From assembly GCA_964016885.1 (NCBI GenBank), contig OZ024742.1, positions 370,636,001 to 370,700,000 of the forward strand: 64,000 nt of DNA, given 5' to 3'. The notes under the pieces are model-generated. The model searched no databases and had not been told where the DNA came from. It saw nothing but the letters and a program-made list of their open reading frames with translations. Below are positions 13,671-26,699 of the stretch, piece after piece. This stretch comes from Eledone cirrhosa. Its lineage: Eukaryota. A program made the position numbers and the translations under genes. The first letter of the stretch is position 1. The number at the start of each line of letters is the position of its first letter.

Positions 13671-15040
13671 ATATAGTGGTGGTTCTACCTAAGGTGAGGT
13701 ATACTCCTCATATAGTGGTGGTTCTACTTCAGGTGAGATATACTCCCAATATAGTGGCGGTTCTACCTCAGGTGAGGTATACTCTTCATATAGTGGTGGT
13801 TCTACCTCAGGTGAGGTATACTCCTCATATAGTGGTGGTTCTACCTCAGGTGAGGTATACTCCTCATATAGTGGTGGTTCTACCTCAGGTGAGATATACT
13901 CCTCATATAATGGTGGTTCTACCTCAGGTGAGGTTTAGTCCTCATATAGTGGTGGTTCTACCTCAGGTGAGATATACTCCTCATATAGTGGTGGTTCTAC
14001 CTCAGATGAGATATACTCCTCATATAATGGTGGTTCAACCTCAGGTGAGATATACTCCTCATATAATGGTGGTTCTACCTCAGGTGAGATATACTCCTCA
14101 TATAGTGGTGGTTCTACCTCAGGTGAGATATACTCCTCATATAATGGTGGTTCTACCTAAGGTGAGATATACTCCTCATATAGTGGTGGTTCTACCTCAG
14201 GTGAGATATACTCCTCATATAGTGGTGGTTCTACCTCAAGTGAGATATACTCCTCATATAGTGGTGGTTCTACCTCAGGTGAGATATACTCCTCATATAG
14301 TGGTGGTTCTACCTCATGTGAGATATACTCCTCATATAGTGGTGGTACTACCTCAGGTGAGGTATACTCCTCATATAGTGGTGGTTCTACCTCAGGTGAG
14401 GTATACTCTTCATATAGTGGTGGTTCTACCTCAGGTGAGGTATACTCTTCATATAGTGGTGGTTCTACCTCAAGTGAGGTATACTCCTCATATAATGGTG
14501 GTTCTACCTCAATGAGGTATACTCATCATATAGTGGTGGTTCTACCTCAGGTGAGATATACTCTTCATATAGTGGTGGTTCTACCTCAGGTGAGATATAC
14601 TCCTCATATAGTGGTGGTTCTACCTCAGGTGAAGTATACTCCTTATATAGTGGTGGTTCTACCTCAGGTGAGGTATACACCTCATATAGTGGTGGTTCTA
14701 CCTCATGTGAGATATACTCCTCATATAATGGTGGTTCTACCTCAAGTGAGATATACTCCTCATATAATGGTGGTTCTACCTCAGGTGAGATATACTCTTC
14801 ATATTGTGGTGGTTCTACCTCAGGTGAGATATACTCCTCATATAGTGGTGGTTCTACCTCAGGTGAGGTATACTCCTCATATAGTGGTGGTTCTACCTCA
14901 GGTGAGATAAACTCATCATATAGTGGTGGTTCTACCTTAGGTGAGATATACTCCTCATATAGTGGTGGTTTTACCTCAGGTGAGATATACTCCTCATACA
15001 GTGGTTGTTCTACCTCAGGTGAGATATACTCCACATATAG
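12290..15040. repeat. Tandem duplication of ~1364 bp (35 monomers minus 1 bp); an earlier copy of the same block lies 2961 bp upstream (~9.3-10.7 kb)
   Basis: Identical 132-aa and 176-aa pseudo-ORFs at 10187, 13148 and 14512 (offsets 2961 and 1364). Shared rare variants include CCTAAGG, ACTTCAGG, CCCAATAT, GTTTAGTCC and GATAAACTC. Confidence 0.85.
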
Positions 15041-18000
15041 TTGTGGTTCTACCTCAGGTGAGATATACTCCTCATATAATGGTGGTTCTACCTCAGGTGA
15101 GGTATACCCTCATATAGTGGTGGTTCTACCTCAGGTGAGGTATACTCCTCATATAGGGTTGGTTATACCTCAAGTGAGATATACTCCTCATATAATGGTG
15201 GTTCTACCTCAGCTGAGATATACTCCTCGTGTAGTGGTGGTTCTACCTCAGGTGAGGTATACTCCTCATATAATGGTGGTTCTACCTCAGGTGAGGTACA
15301 CTCCTCATATAATGGTGGTTCTACCTCAGGTGAGGTATACTCCTCATATAGTGGTGGTTCTACTTCAGGTGAGGTATACTCTTCATATAGTCGTGGTTCT
15401 ACCTCAGGTGAGATATACTCATCATATAATGGTGGTTCTACCTCAGGTGAGATATACTCCTCATATAGTGGTGGTTATACCTCAGGTGAGATATGCACAT
15501 CATATAGTGGTGGTTCTACCTCATGTGAGGTATACTCCTCATATAGTGGTGCTTCTACCTCAGGTGAGATATACTCCTCATATAGTGGTCGTTCTACCTC
15601 AGGTGAGATATACACCTCATATAGTGGTGGTTCTACCTCAGGTGAGATATGCTCGTCATATAGTGGTGGTTCTACCTCAGGTGAGGTATGCTCCTCATAT
15701 AGTGGTGGTTCTACCACAGGTGAGATATACTCCTCATATAGTGGTGGTTCTACCTCAGGTGAGATATGCTCATCATATAGTGGTGGTTCTACCTCAGGTG
15801 AGGTATACTCCTTATATAGTGGTGGTTCTACCTCAGGTGAGGTATAATCCTCATATAGTGGTGGTTTTACCTCAGGTGAGGTATACTCCTCATATAATGG
15901 TGGTTCTACCTCAGGTGAGGTATACTCCTCATATAGTGGTGGTTCTACCTCAGGTGAGGTATACTCCTCATATAATGGTGGTTCTACCTCAGGGGAGGTA
16001 TACTCCTCATATAGGGGTGGTTCTACCTCAGGTGAGATATACTCCTCATATAATGTTGGTTCTACATAGGGGAGGTATACTCCTCATATAGTGGTGCTTC
16101 TACCTCAGGTGACATATACTCCTCATATAGTGGTGGTTCTACCTCAGGTGAGGTATACTCCTCATATAGTGGTGGTTCTACCTCAGTGAGGTATACTCCT
16201 TATATAATGGTGGTTCTACCTCAGGTGAGATATACTCATCATATAGTGGTGGTTCTACCTCAGGTGAGATATACTCCTCATATAGAGGTGGTTCTACCTC
16301 AGGTTAGATATACTCCTCATATAGTGGTGGTTCTACCTCAGGTGCGGTATACTCCTCATATAGTGGTGGTTCTACCTCAGGTGAGGTATACTCCTAATAT
16401 AGTGGTGGTTCTACCTCAGGTGAGGTATACTCCTCATATAGTGTTGGTTCTACCTCAGGTGAGATATACTCCTCATATAGTGGTGGTTCGACATCAGGTG
16501 AGGTATACTCCTCATATAGGGGTGGTTTTACCTCAGGTGAGATATACTCTTCATATAGTGGTGGTTCTACCTCAGTTGAGGTATACTCCTCATATAATGG
16601 TGGTTCTACCTCAGGTGAGGTATACTCCTCATATAGTGGTGCTTTTACCTCAGGTGAGATATACTCCTCATATAGTGGTGGTTCTACCTCAGGTGAGATA
16701 TACTCCTCATATAGTGGTGGTTCTACCTCAGGTGAGGTATACTCCTCATATAGTGGTGGTTCTACCTCAGGTGAGGTATACTCCTCATATAATGGTTGTT
16801 CTACCTCAGGTGAGATATACTCCTCATATAGTGGTGGTTCTGCCTCAGGTAAGGTATACTCCTCATATAGGGGTGGTTCTACCTCAGGTGAGGTATACTC
16901 CTCATATAGGGGTGGTTCTACCTCAGGTGAGATATACACCTCATATAATGGTGGTTCTACCTCAGCTGAGATATACTCCTCATAAAGGGTTGGTTCTACC
17001 TCAGGTGAGGTATACTCCTCATATAGGGTTGGTTCTACCTCAGGTGAGATATACTCCTCATATAATGGTGGTTCTACCTCAGGTGAGATATACTCCTCAT
17101 ATAGGGGTGGTTCTACCTCAGGTGAGGTATACTCTTCATATAGTGGTGGTTCTACCTCAGGTGAGGTATAATCCTCATATAGGGGTGGTTTTACCTCAGG
17201 TGAGATATACTCTTCATATAGTGGTGGTTCTACCTCAGTTGAGGTATACTCCTCATATAATGGTGGTTCTACCTCAGGTGAGGTATACTCCTCATATAGT
17301 GGTGCTTTTACCTCAGGTGAGATATACTCCTCATATAGTGGTGGTTCTACCTCAGGTGAGATATACTCCTCATATAGTGGTGGTTCTACCTCAGGTGAGG
17401 TATACTCCTCATATAGTGGTGGTTCTACCTCAGGTGAGATATACTCCTCATACAGTGGTTGTTCTACCTCAGGTGAGATATACTCCACATATAGTTGTGG
17501 TTCTACCTCAGGTGAGATATACTCCTCATATAATGGTGGTTCTACCTCAGGTGAGGTATACCCTCATATAGTGGTGGTTCTACCTCAGGTGAGGTATACT
17601 CCTCATATAGGGTTGGTTATACCTCAGGTGAGATATACTCCTCATATAATGGTGGTTCTACCTCAGCTGAGATATACTCCTCGTGTAGTGGTGGTTCTAC
17701 CTCAGGTGAGGTATACTCCTCATATAATGGTGGTTCTACCTCAGGTGAGGTACACTCCTCATATAATGGTGGTTCTACCTCAGGTGAGGTATACTCCTCA
17801 TATAGTGGTGGTTCTACTTCAGGTGAGGTATACTCTTCATATAGTCGTGGTTCTACCTCAGGTGAGATATACTCATCATATAATGGTGGTTCTACCTCAG
17901 GTGAGATATACTCCTCATATAGTGGTGGTTATACCTCAGGTGAGATATGCACATCATATAGTGGTGGTTCTACCTCATGTGAGGTATACTCCTCATATAG

Positions 18001-21000
18001 TGGTGCTTCTACCTCAGGTGAGATATACTCCTCATATAGTGGTCGTTCTACCTCAGGTGAGATATACACCTCATATAGTGGTGGTTCTACCTCAGGTGAG
18101 ATATGCTCGTCATATAGTGGTGGTTCTACCTCAGGTGAGGTATGCTCCTCATATAGTGGTGGTTCTACCACAGGTGAGATATACTCCTCATATAGTGGTG
18201 GTTCTACCTCAGGTGAGATATGCTCATCATATAGTGGTGGTTCTACCTCAGGTGAGGTATACTCCTTATATAGTGGTGGTTCTACCTCAGGTGAGGTATA
18301 ATCCTCATATAGTGGTGGTTTTACCTCAGGTGAGGTATACTCCTCATATAATGGTGGTTCTACCTCAGGTGAGGTATACTCCTCATATAGTGGTGGTTCT
18401 ACCTCAGGTGAGGTATACTCCTCATATAATGGTGGTTCTACCTCAGGGGAGGTATACTCCTCATATAGGGGTGGTTCTACCTCAGGTGAGATATACTCCT
18501 CATATAATGTTGGTTCTACATAGGGGAGGTATACTCCTCATATAGTGGTGCTTCTACCTCAGGTGACATATACTCCTCATATAGTGGTGGTTCTACCTCA
18601 GGTGAGGTATACTCCTCATATAGTGGTGGTTCTACCTCAGTGAGGTATACTCCTTATATAATGGTGGTTCTACCTCAGGTGAGATATACTCATCATATAG
18701 TGGTGGTTCTACCTCAGGTGAGATATACTCCTCATATAGAGGTGGTTCTACCTCAGGTTAGATATACTCCTCATATAGTGGTGGTTCTACCTCAGGTGCG
18801 GTATACTCCTCATATAGTGGTGGTTCTACCTCAGGTGAGGTATACTCCTAATATAGTGGTGGTTCTACCTCAGGTGAGGTATACTCCTCATATAGTGTTG
18901 GTTCTACCTCAGGTGAGATATACTCCTCATATAGTGGTGGTTCGACATCAGGTGAGGTATACTCCTCATATAGGGGTGGTTTTACCTCAGGTGAGATATA
19001 CTCTTCATATAGTGGTGGTTCTACCTCAGTTGAGGTATACTCCTCATTTAATGGTGGTTCTACCTCAGGTGAGGTATACTCCTCATATAGTGGTGCTTTT
19101 ACCTCAGGTGAGATATACTCCTCATATAGTGGTGGTTCTACCTCAGGTGAGATATACTCCTCATATAGTGGTAGTTCTACCTCAGGTGAGGTATACTCCT
19201 CATATAGTGGTGGTTCTACCTCAGGTGAGGTATACTCCTCATATAATGGTTGTTCTACCTCAGGTGAGATATACTCCTCATATAGTGGTGGTTCTGCCTC
19301 AGGTAAGGTATACTCCTCATATAGGGGTGGTTCTACCTCAGGTGAGGTATACTCCTCATATAGGGGTGGTTCTACCTCAGGTGAGATATACACCTCATAT
19401 AATGGTGGTTCTACCTCAGCTGAGATATACTCCTCATAAAGGGTTGGTTCTACCTCAGGTGAGGTATACTCCTCATATAGGGTTGGTTCTACCTCAGGTG
19501 AGATATACTCCTCATATAATGGTGGTTCTACCTCAGGTGAGATATACTCCTCATATAGGGGTGGTTCTACCTCAGGTGAGGTATACTCTTCATATAGTGG
19601 TGGTTCTACCTCAGGTGAGGTATAATCCTCATATAGGGGTGGTTTTACCTCAGGTGAGATATACTCTTCATATAGTGGTGGTTCTACCTCAGTTGAGGTA
19701 TACTCCTCATATAATGGTGGTTCTACCTCAGGTGAGGTATACTCCTCATATAGTGGTGCTTTTACCTCAGGTGAGATATACTCCTCATATAGTGGTGGTT
19801 CTACCTCAGGTGAGATATACTCCTCATATAGTGGTGGTTCTACCTCAGGTGAGGTATACTCCTCATATAGTGGTGGTTCTACCTCAGGTGAGATATACTC
19901 CTCATACAGTGGTTGTTCTACCTCAGGTGAGATATACTCCACATATAGTTGTGGTTCTACCTCAGGTGAGATATACTCCTCATATAATGGTGGTTCTACC
20001 TCAGGTGAGGTATACCCTCATATAGTGGTGGTTCTACCTCAGGTGAGGTATACTCCTCATATAGGGTTGGTTATACCTCAGGTGAGATATACTCCTCATA
20101 TAATGGTGGTTCTACCTCAGCTGAGATATACTCCTCGTGTAGTGGTGGTTCTACCTCAGGTGAGGTATACTCCTCATATAATGGTGGTTCTACCTCAGGT
20201 GAGGTACACTCCTCATATAATGGTGGTTCTACCTCAGGTGAGGTATACTCCTCATATAGTGGTGGTTCTACTTCAGGTGAGGTATACTCTTCATATAGTC
20301 GTGGTTCTACCTCAGGTGAGATATACTCATCATATAATGGTGGTTCTACCTCAGGTGAGATATACTCCTCATATAGTGGTGGTTATACCTCAGGTGAGAT
20401 ATGCACATCATATAGTGGTGGTTCTACCTCATGTGAGGTATACTCCTCATATAGTGGTGCTTCTACCTCAGGTGAGATATACTCCTCATATAGTGGTCGT
20501 TCTACCTCAGGTGAGATATACACCTCATATAGTGGTGGTTCTACCTCAGGTGAGATATGCTCGTCATATAGTGGTGGTTCTACCTCAGGTGAGGTATGCT
20601 CCTCATATAGTGGTGGTTCTACCACAGGTGAGATATACTCCTCATATAGTGGTGGTTCTACCTCAGGTGAGATATGCTCATCATATAGTGGTGGTTCTAC
20701 CTCAGGTGAGGTATACTCCTTATATAGTGGTGGTTCTACCTCAGGTGAGGTATAATCCTCATATAGTGGTGGTTTTACCTCAGGTGAGGTATACTCCTCA
20801 TATAATGGTGGTTCTACCTCAGGTGAGGTATACTCCTCATATAGTGGTGGTTCTACCTCAGGTGAGGTATACTCCTCATATAATGGTGGTTCTACCTCAG
20901 GGGAGGTATACTCCTCATATAGGGGTGGTTCTACCTCAGGTGAGATATACTCCTCATATAATGTTGGTTCTACATAGGGGAGGTATACTCCTCATATAGT

Positions 21001-24000
21001 GGTGCTTCTACCTCAGGTGACATATACTCCTCATATAGTGGTGGTTCTACCTCAGGTGAGGTATACTCCTCATATAGTGGTGGTTCTACCTCAGTGAGGT
21101 ATACTCCTTATATAATGGTGGTTCTACCTCAGGTGAGATATACTCATCATATAGTGGTGGTTCTACCTCAGGTGAGATATACTCCTCATATAGAGGTGGT
21201 TCTACCTCAGGTTAGATATACTCCTCATATAGTGGTGGTTCTACCTCAGGTGCGGTATACTCCTCATATAGTGGTGGTTCTACCTTAGGTGAGGTATACT
21301 CCTAATATAGTGGTGGTTCTACCTCAGGTGAGGTATACTCCTCATATAGTGTTGGTTCTACCTCAGGTGAGATATACTCCTCATATAGTGGTGGTTCGAC
21401 ATCAGGTGAGGTATACTCCTCATATAGGGGTGGTTTTACCTCAGGTGAGATATACTCTTCATATAGTGGTGGTTCTACCTCAGTTGAGGTATACTCCTCA
21501 TATAATGGTGGTTCTACCTCAGGTGAGGTATACTCCTCATATAGTGGTGCTTTTACCTCAGGTGAGATATACTCCTCATATAGTGGTGGTTCTACCTCAG
21601 GTGAGATATACTCCTCATATAGTGGTGGTTCTACCTCAGGTGAGGTATACTCCTCATATAGTGGTGGTTCTACCTCAGGTGAGGTATACTCCTCATATAA
21701 TGGTTGTTCTACCTCAGGTGAGATATACTCCTCATATAGTGGTGGTTCTGCCTCAGGTAAGGTATACTCCTCATATAGGGGTGGTTCTACCTCAGGTGAG
21801 GTATACTCCTCATATAGGGGTGGTTCTACCTCAGGTGAGATATACACCTCATATAATGGTGGTTCTACCTCAGCTGAGATATACTCCTCATAAAGGGTTG
21901 GTTCTACCTCAGGTGAGGTATACTCCTCATATAGGGTTGGTTCTACCTCAGGTGAGATATACTCCTCATATAATGGTGGTTCTACCTCAGGTGAGATATA
22001 CTCCTCATATAGGGGTGGTTCTACCTCAGGTGAGGTATACTCTTCATATAGTGGTGGTTCTACCTCAGGTGAGGTATAATCCTCATATAGGGGTGGTTTT
22101 ACCTCAGGTGAGATATACTCTTCATATAGTGGTGGTTCTACCTCAGTTGAGGTATACTCCTCATATAATGGTGGTTCTACCTCAGGTGAGGTATACTCCT
22201 CATATAGTGGTGCTTTTACCTCAGGTGAGATATACTCCTCATATAGTGGTGGTTCTACCTCAGGTGAGATATACTCCTCATATAGTGGTGGTTCTACCTC
22301 AGGTGAGGTATACTCCTCATATAGTGGTGGTTCTACCTCAGGTGAGATATACTCCTCATACAGTGGTTGTTCTACCTCAGGTGAGATATACTCCACATAT
22401 AGTTGTGGTTCTACCTCAGGTGAGATATACTCCTCATATAATGGTGGTTCTACCTCAGGTGAGGTATACCCTCATATAGTGGTGGTTCTACCTCAGGTGA
22501 GGTATACTCCTCATATAGGGTTGGTTATACCTCAGGTGAGATATACTCCTCATATAATGGTGGTTCTACCTCAGCTGAGATATACTCCTCGTGTAGTGGT
22601 GGTTCTACCTCAGGTGAGGTATACTCCTCATATAATGGTGGTTCTACCTCAGGTGAGGTACACTCCTCATATAATGGTGGTTCTACCTCAGGTGAGGTAT
22701 ACTCCTCATATAGTGGTGGTTCTACTTCAGGTGAGGTATACTCTTCATATAGTCGTGGTTCTACCTCAGGTGAGATATACTCATCATATAATGGTGGTTC
22801 TACCTCAGGTGAGATATACTCCTCATATAGTGGTGGTTATACCTCAGGTGAGATATGCACATCATATAGTGGTGGTTCTACCTCATGTGAGGTATACTCC
22901 TCATATAGTGGTGCTTCTACCTCAGGTGAGATATACTCCTCATATAGTGGTCGTTCTACCTCAGGTGAGATATACACCTCATATAGTGGTGGTTCTACCT
23001 CAGGTGAGATATGCTCGTCATATAGTGGTGGTTCTACCTCAGGTGAGGTATGCTCCTCATATAGTGGTGGTTCTACCACAGGTGAGATATACTCCTCATA
23101 TAGTGGTGGTTCTACCTCAGGTGAGATATGCTCATCATATAGTGGTGGTTCTACCTCAGGTGAGGTATACTCCTTATATAGTGGTGGTTCTACCTCAGGT
23201 GAGGTATAATCCTCATATAGTGGTGGTTTTACCTCAGGTGAGGTATACTCCTCATATAATGGTGGTTCTACCTCAGGTGAGGTATACTCCTCATATAGTG
23301 GTGGTTCTACCTCAGGTGAGGTATACTCCTCATATAATGGTGGTTCTACCTCAGGGGAGGTATACTCCTCATATAGGGGTGGTTCTACCTCAGGTGAGAT
23401 ATACTCCTCATATAATGTTGGTTCTACATAGGGGAGGTATACTCCTCATATAGTGGTGCTTCTACCTCAGGTGACATATACTCCTCATATAGTGGTGGTT
23501 CTACCTCAGGTGAGGTATACTCCTCATATAGTGGTGGTTCTACCTCAGTGAGGTATACTCCTTATATAATGGTGGTTCTACCTCAGGTGAGATATACTCA
23601 TCATATAGTGGTGGTTCTACCTCAGGTGAGATATACTCCTCATATAGAGGTGGTTCTACCTCAGGTTAGATATACTCCTCATATAGTGGTGGTTCTACCT
23701 CAGGTGCGGTATACTCCTCATATAGTGGTGGTTCTACCTCAGGTGAGGTATACTCCTAATATAGTGGTGGTTCTACCTCAGGTGAGGTATACTCCTCATA
23801 TAGTGTTGGTTCTACCTCAGGTGAGATATACTCCTCATATAGTGGTGGTTCGACATCAGGTGAGGTATACTCCTCATATAGGGGTGGTTTTACCTCAGGT
23901 GAGATATACTCTTCATATAGTGGTGGTTCTACCTCAGTTGAGGTATACTCCTCATATAATGGTGGTTCTACCTCAGGTGAGGTATACTCCTCATATAGTG

Positions 24001-24530
24001 GTGCTTTTACCTCAGGTGAGATATACTCCTCATATAGTGGTGGTTCTACCTCAGGTGAGATATACTCCTCATATAGTGGTGGTTCTACCTCAGGTGAGGT
24101 ATACTCCTCATATAGTGGTGGTTCTACCTCAGGTGAGGTATACTCCTCATATAATGGTTGTTCTACCTCAGGTGAGATATAATCCTCATATAGTGGTGGT
24201 TCTGCCTCAGGTGAGGTATACTCCTCATATAGGGGTGGTTCTACCTCAGGTGAGGTATACTCCTCATATAGGGGTGGTTCTACCTCAGGTGAGATATACA
24301 CCTCATATAATGGTGGTTCTACCTCAGCTGAGATATACTCCTCATAAAGGGTTGGTTCTACCTCAGGTGAGGTATACTCCTCATATAGGGTTGGTTCTAC
24401 CTCAGGTGAGATATACTCCTCATATAATGGTGGTTCTACCTCAGGTGAGATATACTCCTCATATAGGGGTGGTTCTACCTCAGGTGAGGTATACTCTTCA
24501 TATAGTGGTGGTTCTACCTCAGGTGAGGTA
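14975..24530. repeat. Higher-order repeat, period 2454 bp (63 monomers minus three 1-bp deletions), ~3.9 near-identical copies
   Basis: Identical 324-aa pseudo-ORFs start at 15117, 17571, 20025 and 22479, and partner ORFs at 16186, 18640, 21094 and 23548, each 2454 apart. 63x39-3=2454, and three deletions per unit are visible (TATACCCTC, CTACATAGGGGAGG, CCTCAGTGAG). Boundaries approximate. Confidence 0.95.
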
Positions 24531-26699
24531 TACTCCTCATATAGTGGTGGTTCTACCTCAGGTGAGATATACTCCTCATATTGTGGTGGTTCTACCTCAG
24601 GTGAGATATACTCCTCATATAGTGGTGCTTCTACCTCAGCTGAGGTATACTCCTCATATAATGGTGGTTCTACCTCAGGTGAGATATACTCCTCATATAG
24701 TGGTGGTACTACCTCAATGAGGTATACTCCTCATATAATGGTGGTTCTACCTCAGGTGAGGTATACTCCTCATATAATGGTGGTTCTACCTCAGGTGAGA
24801 TTTACTCCTCATATAATTGTAGTTTTACCTCAGGTGAGGTATACTCCTCATATAGTGGTTGTTCTACCTCAGGTGAGATATACTCCTCATATAGTGGTGG
24901 TTCTACCTCAGGTGAGATATACTCCTCATATAATGGTGGTTCTACCTCAGGTGAGATATACTCCTCATATAATGGTGGTTCTACCTCAGGTGAGGTATAC
25001 TCCTCATATAGTGGTGGTTCTACCTCAGGTGAGATATACTCCTCATATAGTGGTGGTTCTACATCAGGTGAGGTATACTCCTCATATAGTGGTGGTTTTA
25101 CCTCAGGTGAGATATATTCCTCATATAGTGGTGGTTCTACCTCAGGTGAGATATACTCTTCATATAATGGTAGTTCTACCTCAGGTGAGATATACTCCTC
25201 ATATAGTGGTGGTTCTACCTCAAGTGAGATATACTCCTCATATAGTGGTTGTTCTACCTCAGGTGAAATATACTCCTCATATAGTGGTGGTTCTACCTCA
25301 GGTGAGGTATACTCCTCATATAGTGGTGGTTCTACCTCACGTGAGGTATACTCCTCATATAGGGTTGGTTCTACCTCAGGTGAGATATACTCCTCATATA
25401 ATGGTGGTTCTACCTCAGCTGAGATATACTCCTCATATAGGGGTGGTTCTACCTCAGTTGAGGTATACTCTTCATATAGTGGTGGTTCTACCTCAGGTGA
25501 GGTATACTCCTCATATAGTGGTGGTTCTACCTCAGGTGAGATATACTCCTCATATAGTGGTGGTTCTACCTCAGGTGAGATATACTCCTCATATAGTGGT
25601 GGTTCTACCTCAGGTGAGATATACTCCTCATATAGTGGTGGTTCTACCTCAGGTGAGGTATACTCCTCATATAGTGGTGGTTCTACCTCAGGTGAGGTAT
25701 ACTCTTCATATAGTGGTGGTTCTACCTCAGGTGAGATATACTCATCATATAATGGTGGTTCTACCTCAGGTGAGATATACTCCTCATATAGTGGTGGTTA
25801 TACCTCAGGTGAGATATGCACATCATATAGTGGTGGTTCTACCTCATGTGAGGTATACTCCTCATATAGTGGTGCTTCTACCTCAGGTGAGATATACACC
25901 TCATATAGTGGTGGTTCTACCTCAGGTGAGATATACACCTCATATAGTGCTGGTTCTACCTCAGGTGAGATATGCTCGGCATATAGTGGTGGTTCTACCT
26001 CAGGTGAGGTATGCGCCTCATATAGTGGTGGTTCTACCTCAGGTGAGATATACTCCTCATATAGTGGTGGTTCTACCTCAGGTGAGATATGCTCATCATA
26101 TAGTTGTGGTTTTACCTCAGGTGAGGTATACTCCTCATATAGTGGTGGTTATACCTCAGGTGAGATATACTCCTCATATAGTGGTGGTTCGACCTCAGGT
26201 GAGGTATACTCCTCATATAGGGGTGGTTTTACCTCAGGTGAGATATACTCTTCATATAGTGGTGGTTCTACCTCAGGTGAGGTATACTCCTCATATAATG
26301 GTGGTTCTACCTCAGGTGAGGTATACTCCTCATATAGGGGTGGTTTTACCTCAGGTGAGATATACTCTTCATATAGTGGTGGTTCTACCTCAGGTGAGGT
26401 ATACTCCTCATATAATGGTGGTTCTACCTCAGGTGAGGTATACTCCTCATATAGTGGTGCTTTTACCTCAGGTGAGATATACTCCTCATATAGTGGTGGT
26501 TCTACCTCAGGTGAGATATACTCCTCATATAGTGGTGGTTCTACCTCAGGTGAGGTATACTCCTCATATAGTGGTGGTTCTACCTCAGGTGAGGTATACT
26601 CCTCATATAATGGTTGTTCTACCTCAGGTGAGACATACTCCTCATATAGTGGTGGTTCTACCTCAGGTGAGGTATACTCCTCATATAGGGGTGGTTCTA

